64,000 nt of DNA from Macrostomum lignano (taxonomy: Eukaryota). The stretch lies in NCBI GenBank assembly GCA_002269645.1, contig NIVC01002022.1, positions 117,512-181,511 on the forward strand, given 5' to 3'. The notes under the pieces were generated by a model, which had not been told where the DNA came from, did not search any database, and was given only the letters and a program-made list of their open reading frames with translations. Position numbers and translations under genes: made by a program. Positions 23,687 to 35,278 of the stretch are shown in pieces (within the stretch, counting starts at the first letter, position 1; the number at the start of each line of letters is the position of its first letter).

Positions 23687-25718
23687 CTCCTCCTCCTCCT
23701 CCGACGGCATCGCCTCCTCCTCCTCCTCCTCCTTCGACGGCATCGCCTGCTCCTCCTCCTCCTCCTCCTTCGACGGCATCGCCTGCTCCTCCTCCTCCTC
23801 CTCCTTCGACGGCATCGCCTGCTCCTCCTCCTCCTTCTCCTCCTCCTCCTCCTCGTGTGAATTGAACCTCCGTCCAGATCGGAGCATGACTCGAGTAACT
23901 GTCTCTCATCTGCGTCATTATATTATGCCGGCCAAAACTTAGCTCATACAGTGCTCTGTATTCCTGCCGCTGAATCAGTGCGAAGTTGTCGATTAGTTCA
24001 GTTTCGGTTGTTACACCCTCGCTGATGGCCGGCCGAAATCGTGGGAAATTGTCTTTTACACCATCATAACTGAGGTTCCAATCGCCACCAATCATGACAA
24101 AATCTGCATCTCCGCAGAGTCGATCAACTGCTCCGTTTAGAATTTTATAACAATCTTTCTTTTCTTCGTTGCTTCTGTGTGGCAGATGTACAGAGAAGTA
24201 GGCCAAGATCATGCCATTGGCTCTCATCCTGAGCTTCGTTAACAGATAGCGGCCCTTGTCGGATGCCGTGAAACACTCATGCTGCAGCTGCCAGACTTTA
24301 GTATTAAAGGCTGTAACGATGGTATCCGGAGAATTACGATTGAGAATGTGGGAGACACATTCCCAATCGGGGCCAAGCAAGTCACAAAATGTTTTCAGGT
24401 ACTCCTGTCCGCTCCATTCAGAAATTGTGATTATGCTGAGCTGAGAGTTCTGCTTGGCTGACAGAAGTTTTTGGCAACACATTCGAACTTCTTCTTCTAG
24501 CTCTGCCGCAGCTTTCTTCGCAGTTGTCACCTGATTAGTTGTCGCCTTATCTGCCTGATCTGCCGCCTCTGCCGCCTTTGCTGCCTGATCTGCCGCCTTT
24601 GCTGCCTGATCTGCCGCCTCTGCCGCCTTTGCTGCCTGATCTGCCGCCTTTGCTGCCTGATCTGCCGCATTTGCCGCCTGATTTGTTTTCATATTTGCTC
24701 TCCATACTTCTTGAATTGCCTTGCACACTGCTACCACCGCTGTCTCATTCCCTGCCACATCTGTCTCATTCCCTGCCACATCTGTCCCAGTCCCTGCCAC
24801 ATCTGTCCCAGTCCCTGCCACATCTGTCCCAGTCCCTGCCACCTCTGTCCCAGTCCCTGCCACCTCTGTCCCAGTCCCTGCCACCTCTGTCCCAGTCCCT
24901 GCCACCTCTGTCCCAGTCCCTGCCACCTCTGTCCCAGTCCCTGCCACCTCTGTCCCAGTCCCTGCCACCTCTGTCCCAGTCCCTGCCACCTCTGTCCCAG
25001 TCCCTGCCACCTCTGTCCCAGTCCCTGCCACCTCTGTCCCAGTCCCTGCCACCTCTGTCCCAGTCCCTGCCACCTCTGTCCCAGTCCCTGCCACCTCTGT
25101 CCCAGTCCCTGCCACCTCTGTCCCAGTCCCTGCCACCTCTGTCCCAGTCCCTGCCACCTCTGTCCCAGTCCCTGCCACCTCTGTCCCAGTCCCTGCCACC
25201 TCTGTCCCAGTCCCTGCCACCTCTGTCCCAGTCCCTGCCACCTCTGTCCCAGTCCCTGCCACCTCTGTCCCAGTCCCTGCCACCTCTGTCCCAGTCCCTG
25301 CCACCTCTGTCCCAGTCCCTGCCACCTCTGTCCCAGTCCCTGCCACCTCTGTCCCAGTCCCTGCCACCTCTGTCCCAGTCCCTGCCACCTCTGTCCCAGT
25401 CCCTGCCACCTCTGTCCCAGTCCCTGCCACGTCTGTCCCAGTCCTTGCCTTTGCTTCCTCGGATCGCCAATACTCTTCTGTCCGTTTCAACGCCTCTGCC
25501 ACATTCTTTAACGCAATTTTCACCTCATTCCAATACCTACTCGCCTCTTCGGGTGCCTCATGTAACAACACGAGCTGCGATGCCGCTGAAAACGCTATTT
25601 TAACCAGTCCACTAGGAAGCAAGTCTCCTTTAAGCTCTGGTTTTCGTTTTGAACCATCCGCGTTGATGGACAGCGCCAAGAAACCAGTGCAGTCAGAGTT
25701 GGCTGGCTCGGTCGCCAT
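23478..25718 (-). CDS. Stand-alone endonuclease/exonuclease/phosphatase (EEP, DNase I-like fold) protein, copy A, 746 aa, with about 33 coding GTGTEVA repeats and a Gly/Glu low-complexity tail
   Basis: EEP-ordered motifs LSINADG, VLLHE, FSVHLP, IGGDWN, IDNF and SSHAPIW. In-frame TGA 6 nt upstream of an ATG in good context. Paralogue at 35279-36385. Confidence 0.7.
23540..23855. repeat. (CCT)n-based microsatellite with 27-30-bp higher-order units at the 3' end of EEP copy A
   Basis: Direct. Confidence 0.95.
24745..25440. repeat. 21-bp coding VNTR (TGTCCCAGTCCCTGCCACCTC), about 33 copies
   Basis: Direct periodicity, frame-preserving. Confidence 0.97.
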
Positions 25719-25894
25719 ACTTCACGGCCTTGCGGGTGATGAAAATACCGGTCACCGTCAGACAGTCCCTGGTCCCAAAGTCACGGATCTCAGTTCCTCC
25801 AGCACTAAGGCCACCTTTTCTGGAAAAATCGTAAAAACGTATCATGAGAAAGAACTCAAACTCGTATCTAACAGTTTTTACTTGCGGTAAAAAA

Positions 25895-26100
25895 ACACAG
25901 AACACTGTCCAATGTGAGGCATGTGCTGTGTACTGGCACACAGAACACTGTCCAATGTGAGGCATGTGCTGTGTACTGGCACACAGAACACTGTCCAATG
26001 TGAGGCATGTGCTGTGTACTGGCACACAGAACACTGTCTAATATGAGGCATGTGCTGTGTACTGGCACACAGAACACTGTCCAATGTGAGGCATGTGCTG
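25895..26100. repeat. 43-bp satellite unit, about 5 copies (short allele of the 36561-50943 array)
   Basis: Same unit and same flanks as the large array. Confidence 0.95.
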
Positions 26101-26139
26101 TTTACTATCTGTGTACTAGACCCCTGTCCCTGATCTTCT

Positions 26140-26370
26140 GGCCACTGATCCCAGTCTCTGATCCCTGACCCCAGTCCCTGACCCCAGTCCCTGACCCCAG
26201 TCCCTGACCCCAGTCCCTGACCCCAGTCCCTGACCCCAGTCCCTGACCCCAGTCCCTGACCCCAGTCCCTGACCCCAGTCCCTGACCCCAGTCCCTGACC
26301 CCAGTCCCTGACCCCAGTCCCTGACCCCAGTCTCTGATCCCAGTCTCTGATCTCCGATCCCAGTCCCTGC
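26140..26370. repeat. 12-bp minisatellite (CCCAGTCCCTGA)
   Basis: Direct periodicity. Only 2-3 units at the equivalent site near 51005. Confidence 0.95.
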
Positions 26371-26844
26371 TCCTAGTACACAGAGCACTGTCCCCAGAAC
26401 ACTTCCATCACCAAAGGCAGTCAAGAGGCTAGTCACTCACATGAGCTGTCAGCAATTGTCGTGGCGAATCGGCACAGCAACTGGGGGAGTCCAGGCAGCT
26501 GTCTCTGCAGCACCCAAGCCGAAAATGCATACTATATACGCAGCATTTCGCCTCACATGAGATTCCTGTCCAATGGGAACAGCTGAATCTGGACTCACGG
26601 CTGCAGCGGCGGAGAGAGGACGGTGGGAGACGGTCAGCCCCACCCCTCCTGATACAAGGCAGCAGCCCAGCACAACAGCTGGGGTGGGGCAGGTCTCCCT
26701 AACAGCTAACTCTCGTAGTGTTTTTTTGCTGTACAAGGAACCGGGACTGCGTCTCCACTTATCTAAACTCTTTGCAGACAATGAAAAATTGTCAAAACAT
26801 GTTTTAGAAGTATAATATTTAATGAGTTATTAGCTATTGAAAAT

Positions 26845-28428
26845 GCTCTGTAGCAGTCTGTATTCTGTGCTCTGTTGCAGTCTGTATTCTGTGGTCTGTA
26901 GCAGTCTGCATTCTGTGCTCTGTTGCAGTCTGTATTCTGTGGTCTGTAGCAGTCTGTATTCTGTATGGTCTGTAGCAGTCTGTATTCTGTGGTCTGTAGT
27001 AGTCTGTATTCTATGGTCTGTACCAGTCTGTATTCTGTGGTCTGTAGCAGTCTGTATTCTGTGGTCTGTAGCAGTCTGTATTCTGTGGTCTGTAGCAGTC
27101 TGTATTCTGTGGTCTGTAGCAGTCTGTATTCTGTGGTCTGTAGCAGTCTGTATTCTGTGGTCTGTACCAGTCTGTATTCTGTGGTCTGTAGCAGTCTGTA
27201 TTCTGTGGTCTGTAGCAGTCTGTATTCTGTATGGTCTGTACCAGTCTGTATTCTGTGGTCTGTAGCAGTCTGTATTCTGTGGTCTGTAGCAGTCTGTATT
27301 CTGTGGTCTGTAGCAGTCTGTATTCTGAATGGTCTGTAGCAGTCTGTATTCTGTAGGGTCTGTAGTAGTCTTTATTCTGTATGGTCTGTACCAGTCTGTA
27401 TTCTGTGGTCTGTAGCAGTCTGTATTCTGTGGTCTGTAGCAGTCTGTATTCTGTATGGTCTGTAGCAGTCTGTATTCTGTATGGTCTGTAGCAGTCTGTA
27501 TTCTGTATGCTCTGTAGTAGTCTGTATTCTGTATGGTCTGTAGTAGTCTGTATTCTGTATGCTCTGTAGTAGTCTGTATTCTGTGGTCTGTAGTAGTCGG
27601 TATTCTATGGTCTGTACCAGTCTGTATTCTGTGGTCTGTAGTAGTCTGTATTCTATGGTCTGTACCAGTCTGTATTCTGTGGTCTGTAGCAGTCTGTATT
27701 CTGTGGTCTGTAGCAGTCTGTATTCTGTATGGTCTGTACCAGTCTGTATTCTGTGGTCTGTAGCAGTCTGTATTCTGTGGTCTGTAGCAGTCTGTATTCT
27801 GTATGGTCTGTACCAGTCTGTATTCTGTGGTCTGTAGTAGTCTGTATTCTGTATGGTCTGTACCAGTCTGTATTCTGTATGGTCTGTAGCAGTCTGTATT
27901 CTGTATGGTCTTTAGTAGTCTGTATTCTGTATGGTCTGTACCAGTCTGTATTCTGTGGTCTGTAGCAGTCTGTATTCTGTATGGTCTTTAGTAGTCTGTA
28001 TTCTGTATGGTCTGTAGCAGTCTGTATTCTGTATGGTCTGTAGCAGTCTGTATTCTGTATGGACTGTAGCAGTCTGTATTCTGTGGTCTGTAGCAATCTG
28101 TATTATGTTGTCTGTAGCAGTCTGTATTATGTGGTCTGGAGCAGTCTGTATTCTGTGGTCTGTAGCAGTCTGTATTATGTTGTCTGTAGCAGTCTGTATT
28201 ATGTGGTCTGTAGCAGTCTGTATTCTGTATGGACTGTAGCAGTCTGTATTCTGTATGCTCTGTAGTAGTCTGTATTCTGTATGGTCTGTAGCAGTCTGTA
28301 TTCTGTATGGACTGTAGCAGTCTGTATTCTGTATGCTCTGTAGTAGTCTGTATTCTGTATGGTCTGTAGCAGTCTGTATTCTGTATGGACTGTAGCAGTC
28401 TGTATTCTGTATGGTCTGTAGCACTCTG
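26845..28428. repeat. 24/26-bp minisatellite (GTCTGTATTCTGT[AT]GGTCTGTAGCA)
   Basis: Direct periodicity. Same family at 51535-51640 and 57450-58697. Confidence 0.95.
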
Positions 28429-28639
28429 TAATCTCTATATATATGAGTTCAACACCCTTCTCATCACCGTTGCAATCCATTACAAAAAATACAAATAAAT
28501 TAATCGATGTGCCATTAATGAACCTTTTGAGGTCTCAAATCGTGTTTTCAGCTTCTAAAAGTAGCAAATTGAATTGTCCCTTGAACAAGATCTTGCAGAT
28601 ATAGATTTCTGTGAATCAGATGCCATTTACCCCCAAACA

Positions 28640-30110
28640 TTGGAGAGACGAGACAAGACAAGGGGAGATGAGACAGCGAGAGATGAGACACGGTAGAGAT
28701 GCGACAGGAGAGAGATGAGACAGTGAGAGATTAGAGATGAGATGATGAGACACGGGAGAGAGATGAGACTCGGAGAGACGGTAGAGATGAGACTCGGGTG
28801 AGACGGGAGAGACGGGAGAGATGATACACGGGAGAGACGAAACACTGGAGAGATGAGACACCGGAGAGATGAGACACTGGAGAGATGAGACACGGGAGAG
28901 ATGAGACACGGGAGAGATGAGACACGGGAGAGATGAGACACCGGAGAGATGAGACACGGGAGAGATGAGACACGGGAGAGATGAGACACTAGAGAGATGA
29001 TACCCTGGAGAAATAAGACACTGAAGAGATGAGACACTGGAGACATGAGACACCGAAGAGATGAGATACGGAAGAGATGAGACACTGGAGAGATGAGACA
29101 CGGGAGAGATGAGACACTGGAGAGATGAGACACTGGAGAGATGAGACACCGAAGAGATGAGACACTGGAGAGATGAGACACGGAAGAGATGAGACTCTGG
29201 AGAGATGAGACACTGGAGAGATGAGACACGGGAGAGATGAGACACGGGAGAGATGAGACTCTGGAGAGATGAGACACGGGGGGATGAGACACTGGAGAGA
29301 TGAGACACTGGAGAGATGAGACACTGGAGAGATGAGACACGGGAGAGATGAGACACGGGAGAGATGAGACTCTGGAGAGATGAGACACGGGGGATGAGAC
29401 ACTGGAGAGATGAGACACTGGAGAGATGAGACACTGGAGAGATGAGACACGGGAGAGATGAGACACGGGAGAGATGAGACTCTGGAGAGATGAGACACGG
29501 GGGATGAGACACTGGAGAGATGAGACACTGGAGAGATGAGACACCGAAGAGATGAGACACGGAAGAGATGAGACACGGAAGAGATGAGACTCTGGAGAGA
29601 TGAGACACGGGGGGATGAGACACCGGAGAGATGAGACTCTGGAGAGATGAGACACCGGAGAGATGAGACACTGGAGAGATGAGACACCGAAGAGATGAGA
29701 CACGGGAGAGATGAGACACGGGAGAGATGAGACACGGGAGAGATGAGACACGGGAGAGATGAGACACGGGAGAGATGAGACTCTGGAGAGATGAGACACG
29801 GGGGGATGAGACACTGGAGAGATGAGACACCGAAGAGATGAGACACGGGAGAGATGAGACTCTGGAGAGATGAGACACGGGAGAAATGAGACACGGGAGA
29901 GATGAGACACGGGAGAGATGAGACACGGGAGAGATGAGACACGGGAGAGATGAGACACGGGGGGATGAGACACTGGAGAGATGAGACACTGGAGAGATGA
30001 GACACTGGAGAGATGAGACACTGGAGAGATGAGACACGGGGGATGAGACACTGGAGAGATGAGACACTGGAGAGATGAGACACTGGAGAGATGAGACAGG
30101 GTAGAGACGG
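28640..30110. repeat. 15-bp minisatellite (GGAGAGATGAGACAC)
   Basis: Direct periodicity. Confidence 0.95.
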
Positions 30111-30809
30111 ATGAGAAAATCGGAGGAGATAGCGCCAGGAGTGAGGCCTGTCAGAAGCCCCAGCCAGAGTTTCTGAAAACTGCTTTGAATTGCTCAACAG
30201 CAAGTATTCACGCATAACCCATTCTGCAAATTCAGTAGCTTAGCATGCTGGCTCTTGTGTTGCTCCCTTTGAGCAAAGCAGAGCAAGATGGGTCGCAGCT
30301 GTGGGTGGGTGAGTCATTTGCCGCGAAATCAAAGACTGCCACGTGGCGCACAGAAATGTGAGTGAAAGCACTAAAGCGGCTCTGTGTATTTTGTGTCGTA
30401 ATTGTCTGCAAGTGTTTTCTAACAGTAGGTCCACCTAGCCATTTTGCCGCCCGTACCGATGGAGAATCCCCCAGCTGAAATAATTTAGCCAAGCCACACC
30501 ACCAGTGGCTATTCAAAGATACTTGGTTGCTTCAACTAGCCAAGTGTACTTTCTAGTGCGCATGATGATCGAGATTGGATAAATTTGCAACCAAGTACTT
30601 AAAATTCATTGCAGGTCCACTAGCTCGGTCTAGTCGAAGGCCATTAGACACCTTAAGACTGTGATGATTTTTTTATTATTATTAGAGGCAGGGGGGTTGT
30701 GTGCACCCTGGCGCACTTAGGCACACAACCGGCGAGAGGCATTACTGCCCATTCCGCCGACTCCCCTGAGCAGGCACACAAGCGCGCGGATACGTACGCA
30801 GGCACACAC

Positions 30810-31211
30810 TCACACAGGAGTGTACAGCGGCCCTAACTTTATATTATCGTTAGGCATGTACACTTCACTGATGCTGAGCTGATGCAACTGGATTCTTGTT
30901 CCTTCGAGAGAAGACGCTTCATGTTGTATATTGATGCCATACTTGACACCATAGTTATTAAGGCGTTTCAGCTTGTTGAAGATCTGGATAAATTGATCCT
31001 TTTCAACTTGAAAGGTACCAGTACGGAATTCTTTATTCGACGGATCCCGAGCATCCACAGGTTCGCATCTGCGGAAAGTCTTCATCAGTTCTGCGATTCG
31101 GGCTTCTTTTTCATTGGAGAATTTAGGCAGGCTACCTGTGATGAAGGAAACGGTGTACTTTTGTGCAATAACGTTAATTGCGAACCCACAACTTCCAGTT
31201 TTCCAAGTCAT
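30810..31211 (-). CDS. Hypothetical 133-aa protein or coding exon, unknown function
   Basis: Non-repetitive ORF with globular-protein composition and a possible acceptor TTTTCAAG just upstream. No recognisable motif. Confidence 0.35.
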   Translation of the reverse strand: MTWKTGSCGFAINVIAQKYTVSFITGSLPKFSNEKEARIAELMKTFRRCEPVDARDPSNKEFRTGTFQVEKDQFIQIFNKLKRLNNYGVKYGINIQHEASSLEGTRIQLHQLSISEVYMPNDNIKLGPLYTPV

Positions 31212-31607
31212 TGCTCTTGAAAATTGACTCTAGCAGTTGCTCTAATATTTTGCAGTGTACTTATTCACATGGTCAGCTTCCATTCGGGTCGCCATTGTTA
31301 TATAATTCGAGTTGGCGCTAAGAGGATTGTCAAAGGAGAAAATATAATTATATCTTCTTCCATATGTCATGTGAGTCATAGTTGAGTTTACAAACCAGAT
31401 AAATCTGAGCTTAAAGCGGAATACCGCTGAGTGGCAACAATTTTAGGGTTGTAGAAAAAAAGCGAGCAGTATTTACTTCTGTCTTGATGCCCAGCCAGAC
31501 TTTCAATCTTACTGAAAGATGAGACGACACATTTGAGTTAGGGCAGGGTAGGCGCTCTATACCTGCTGCAGCCTGCTGATATTTAAAAGCCAGTGTGAAG
31601 CGAACAC

Positions 31608-32230
31608 CATGTCGAACATTAAAGAGCCACCATGTAAAACATTAAAGAGCCACCATGTAAAACATTAAAGAGCCACATTGTTAAACATACAAGAGCCACC
31701 ATGTCGAACATTAAAGAGCCACCATGTCTAACATTAAAGAGCCACCATGTCTAACATTAAAGAGCCACCATGTCTAACAGTAAAAAGCCACCATGTCGCC
31801 TGCTATCTGGGGGTGCTTGCTATCTGGGAGAGCCTGCTATCTGGGGGTGCTTGCTATCTGGGGGTGCTTGCTATCTGGAGGTGCTTGCTATCTGGGAGAG
31901 CCTGCTATCTGGGGGTGCTTGCTATCTGGGGGTGCTTGCTATCTGGGAGAGCCTGCTATCTGGGGGTGCTTGCTATCTGGGGGTGCTTGCTATCTGGAGG
32001 TGCTTGCTATCTGGGGGTGCCTGCTATCTGGGGGTGCCTGCTATCTGGGGGTGCTAGCTATCTGGTGGTGCTTGCTATCTGGGGGTGCTTGCTATCTGGT
32101 GGTGCTTGCTATCTGGGGGTGCTTGCTATCTGGGGTGCTTGCTATCTGGGGGTGCCTGCTATCTGGGGGGTGCTTGCTATCTGGGGGGATGCTTGCTATC
32201 TGGAGGTGATTGCTATCTGGGGGGATGCTT
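31608..32230. repeat. Two adjacent minisatellites: about 22 bp (AACATTAAAGAGCCACCATGT) then about 17-18 bp (TGCTTGCTATCTGGGGG)
   Basis: Direct periodicity. Confidence 0.9.
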
Positions 32231-33221
32231 GCTGTCTTAGGATGTTTTCTTTTCGCATTGCACTTCATCTGAGCAGTTTTTCTATTGACTATGTGAAGGC
32301 TTTGTTTGGCCATCTTATTGATACTTGTAGAGAACAGAGATTCTATCTAGATGTCCCCCATCGGGGGGGGGGGCGAAGATTGCTAGTCCAAAACTAAACT
32401 GCATACATAAACAAATGGTCAGACTCAAAAACTCCATTTTCGGTTGGCAGCTGCATGTTTTAAAGGAGGTGCTGAATTCATGCTGCAGCATGGTTATACT
32501 TGTAAGCTAGCCGAAACTGAAAATTACCTCTTAAGCTACAGACAGCACTGAGTCATTCTGCTTTTATTGGAAAAAAAACTTCGTCTCCTTAAGTGTGTAG
32601 TGTGATGCTCAGCTAATCGCTGACTCATGCGAACAGTTTTTTCGTGCACCCTATGCTTTAACTCATTCAGCAGCGCAGCGCTCATCTCATTGTTTGCTTA
32701 AACCAAAAAATCAATCTAAATTTGTTCTGAAATGGCGTGCCAAGATTGAAAGGAATTTGGCTCGAGTTTTAGCAACCAATGAGAACCGAGGCTGCTTGCA
32801 TTTTCACATTGTAATAATACGGGATGAATAAATCTATTGAGAGAAAGTGATTCTATTTTCAGAATTAATTGCAACAACCAAAAGCTTCAATAGACTTCCA
32901 TCCATAATGCCATCGTTCGCACCAGCGGAGGATCTTCCCTAGGAGATACTGTACTTAGCAAAGCAAACTATTCGAAGGTATTGAAGCTTTTGGCATCAAA
33001 TTTGTTCGCAGGTGTAGATTCTGAGAGACTAATCAATAAGCTACAAGGTTTAGATGCATTCAACTCATTTAGAAAGGAGGAAAAGCTCCTGAAGCTGCTA
33101 AAGGAAAATGTGAGTGCATGAACACGATTGCACTATCTCATATAAGTCTAACTCAAGCTATGCAAGCGATTGGCGATTTGGATGCTGAAAATGCAGGCCT
33201 TCCACCACCCTATGAAGGCGC

Positions 33222-34395
33222 TGCTGACAATCAAGGCGCTGCTGACAATCGATGTACTGCTAACAATCGAGGAACTGCTAACAATCGATGAACTGCTAAC
33301 AATCGAGGAACTGCTAACAATCGATGTACTGCTAACAATCGAGGAACTGCTGACAATCAAGGCGCTGCTAACAATCGATGTACTGCTAACAATCGATGTA
33401 CTGCTAACAATCGATGTACTGCTAACAATCGATGTACTGCTAACAATCGATGTACTGCTAACAATCGAGGAACTGCTGACAATCAAGGCGCTGCTAACAA
33501 TCGATGAACTGTTAACAATCGATGAACTGCTAACAATCGATGTACTGCTAACAATCGATGTACTGCTAACAATCGAGGAACTGCTAACAATCGAGGTACT
33601 GCTAACAATCGAGGAACTGCTAACAATCGATGTACTGCTAACAATCGATGTACTGCTAACAATCGAGGTACTGCTAACAATCGATGTACTGCTAACAATC
33701 GATGTACTGCTAACAATCGAGGAACTGCTAACAATCGAGGTACTGCTAACAATCGATGTACTGCTAACAATCGATGTACTGCTAACAATCGAGGTACTGC
33801 TAACAATCGATGTACTGCTAACAATCGAGGTACTGCTAACAATCGATGAACTGCTAACAATCGATGTACTGCTAACAATCGATGTACTGCTAACAATCGA
33901 TGTACTGCTAACAATCGAGGTACTGCTAACAATCGATGAACTGCTAACAATCGATGTACTGCTAACAATCGATGTACTGCTAACAATCGAGGAACTGCTA
34001 ACAATCGAGGTACTGCTAACAATCGAGGTACTGCTAACAATCGAGGTACTGCTAACAATCGATGTACTGCTAACAATCGAGGTACTGCTAACAATCGATG
34101 TACTGCTAACAATCGAGGTACTGCTAACAATCGATGAACTGCTAACAATCGATGTACTGCTAACAATCGATGTACTGCTAACAATCGATGTACTGCTAAC
34201 AATCGATGTACTGCTAACAATCGATGTACTGCTAACAATCGATGTACTGCTAACAATCGATGTACTGCTAACAATCGATGTACTGCTAACAATCGAGGTA
34301 CTGCTAACAATCGATGTACTGCTAACAATCGATGTACTGCTGACAATCAAGACGCTGCTGACAATCAAGACGCTGCTGACAATCAATGCGCTGCT
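33222..34395. repeat. 18-bp minisatellite GCTAACAATCGA[T/G]G[T/A]ACT, about 65 copies
   Basis: Direct periodicity. Confidence 0.96.
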
Positions 34396-35278
34396 GCTCC
34401 GTCATCTGACTAAATCTAAAATACTGGTGCACACTTGAACACCAACCGAATGGCTTTAATTTAAGTTAAACATTAAAAACATACCTGAAATGTAATTTCC
34501 TGTAAATGTAGCGCAAATTAGTACATGCAATCGCTGACGCAATCGCTGACGGAATAAAATCCATTTGGGATAAGCATTTCGGGTTCTTCATCGAACTCTA
34601 AATAAATAATTGTGTGTTTGAGGAGAGAAATAATCAACGACGTGCATAAATCGTTAACCAAAATGAGTAACAAGTGCTAAACACGCGGATCTATTAATGT
34701 GTGTAAGAGTGCGATCATGAGACAAGCGCATCTTCTAATGAGTAAGAGGAAAGGATTAACGTCGAGTTTTTCGAGCGCTCGAGAGTAAAAATTTTGTGCA
34801 CCATCTTGTAAAGCTGCGCTCTGGTGAATAATGCATGAGAGGAAAGCGATAGAGCAATCAAAGTTTACCTAAAGCGGAACAAGGGAAAAACAAAAAGCTA
34901 CAAGCAAAACGATTAAAAAACCGAATAAACCAACGCAATCTTCATTTGACGAGAGGTACAGATACAGATACAGACCCGTGCAGTTCTTATCTAGAGTGCG
35001 AATCAAGTATTAATTACGTATAAAAGTATCAGTTTGAGAACTACTTAAGTAAAATATGAAATATGCTCTGAAATAAGTTAATAGTCTTTTTTATTCGATT
35101 CGGTTCGAAAAACGGTTCGAAATTAAAACTAAATTAAAGTACACACAGTTCTGCGAATTGTCTGTGAAAATTTACCATTAGCAGCTTTTGCAGACTGCCA
35201 GTCGCGGACAGGTCTCTATGGAGGACAGCTCTGACGCACACTCGTTCGTGTACCAGCCGCATGATAGCTCCGCTGCTG

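Noticed and set aside
23478-25718. EEP ORFs as the endonuclease of a LINE ORF2
   Set aside because: No RT follows either copy, each has its own stop, and there is no tail or TSD.
24539-25890. Plus-strand PATSVPV, SQSLPPL and CPSPCHL ORFs, and the minus-strand DRGGRDW ORF
   Set aside because: Alternative frames of the 21-bp repeat. Only the frame carrying the EEP motifs is supported.
28616-30215. SHLSRV-type 400-480-aa ORFs (also at 21249-22048)
   Set aside because: Reverse-strand readings of the 15-bp purine-rich repeat.
33148-34438. Ser/Leu-rich 412-422-aa ORFs
   Set aside because: Open only because of the 18-bp repeat.
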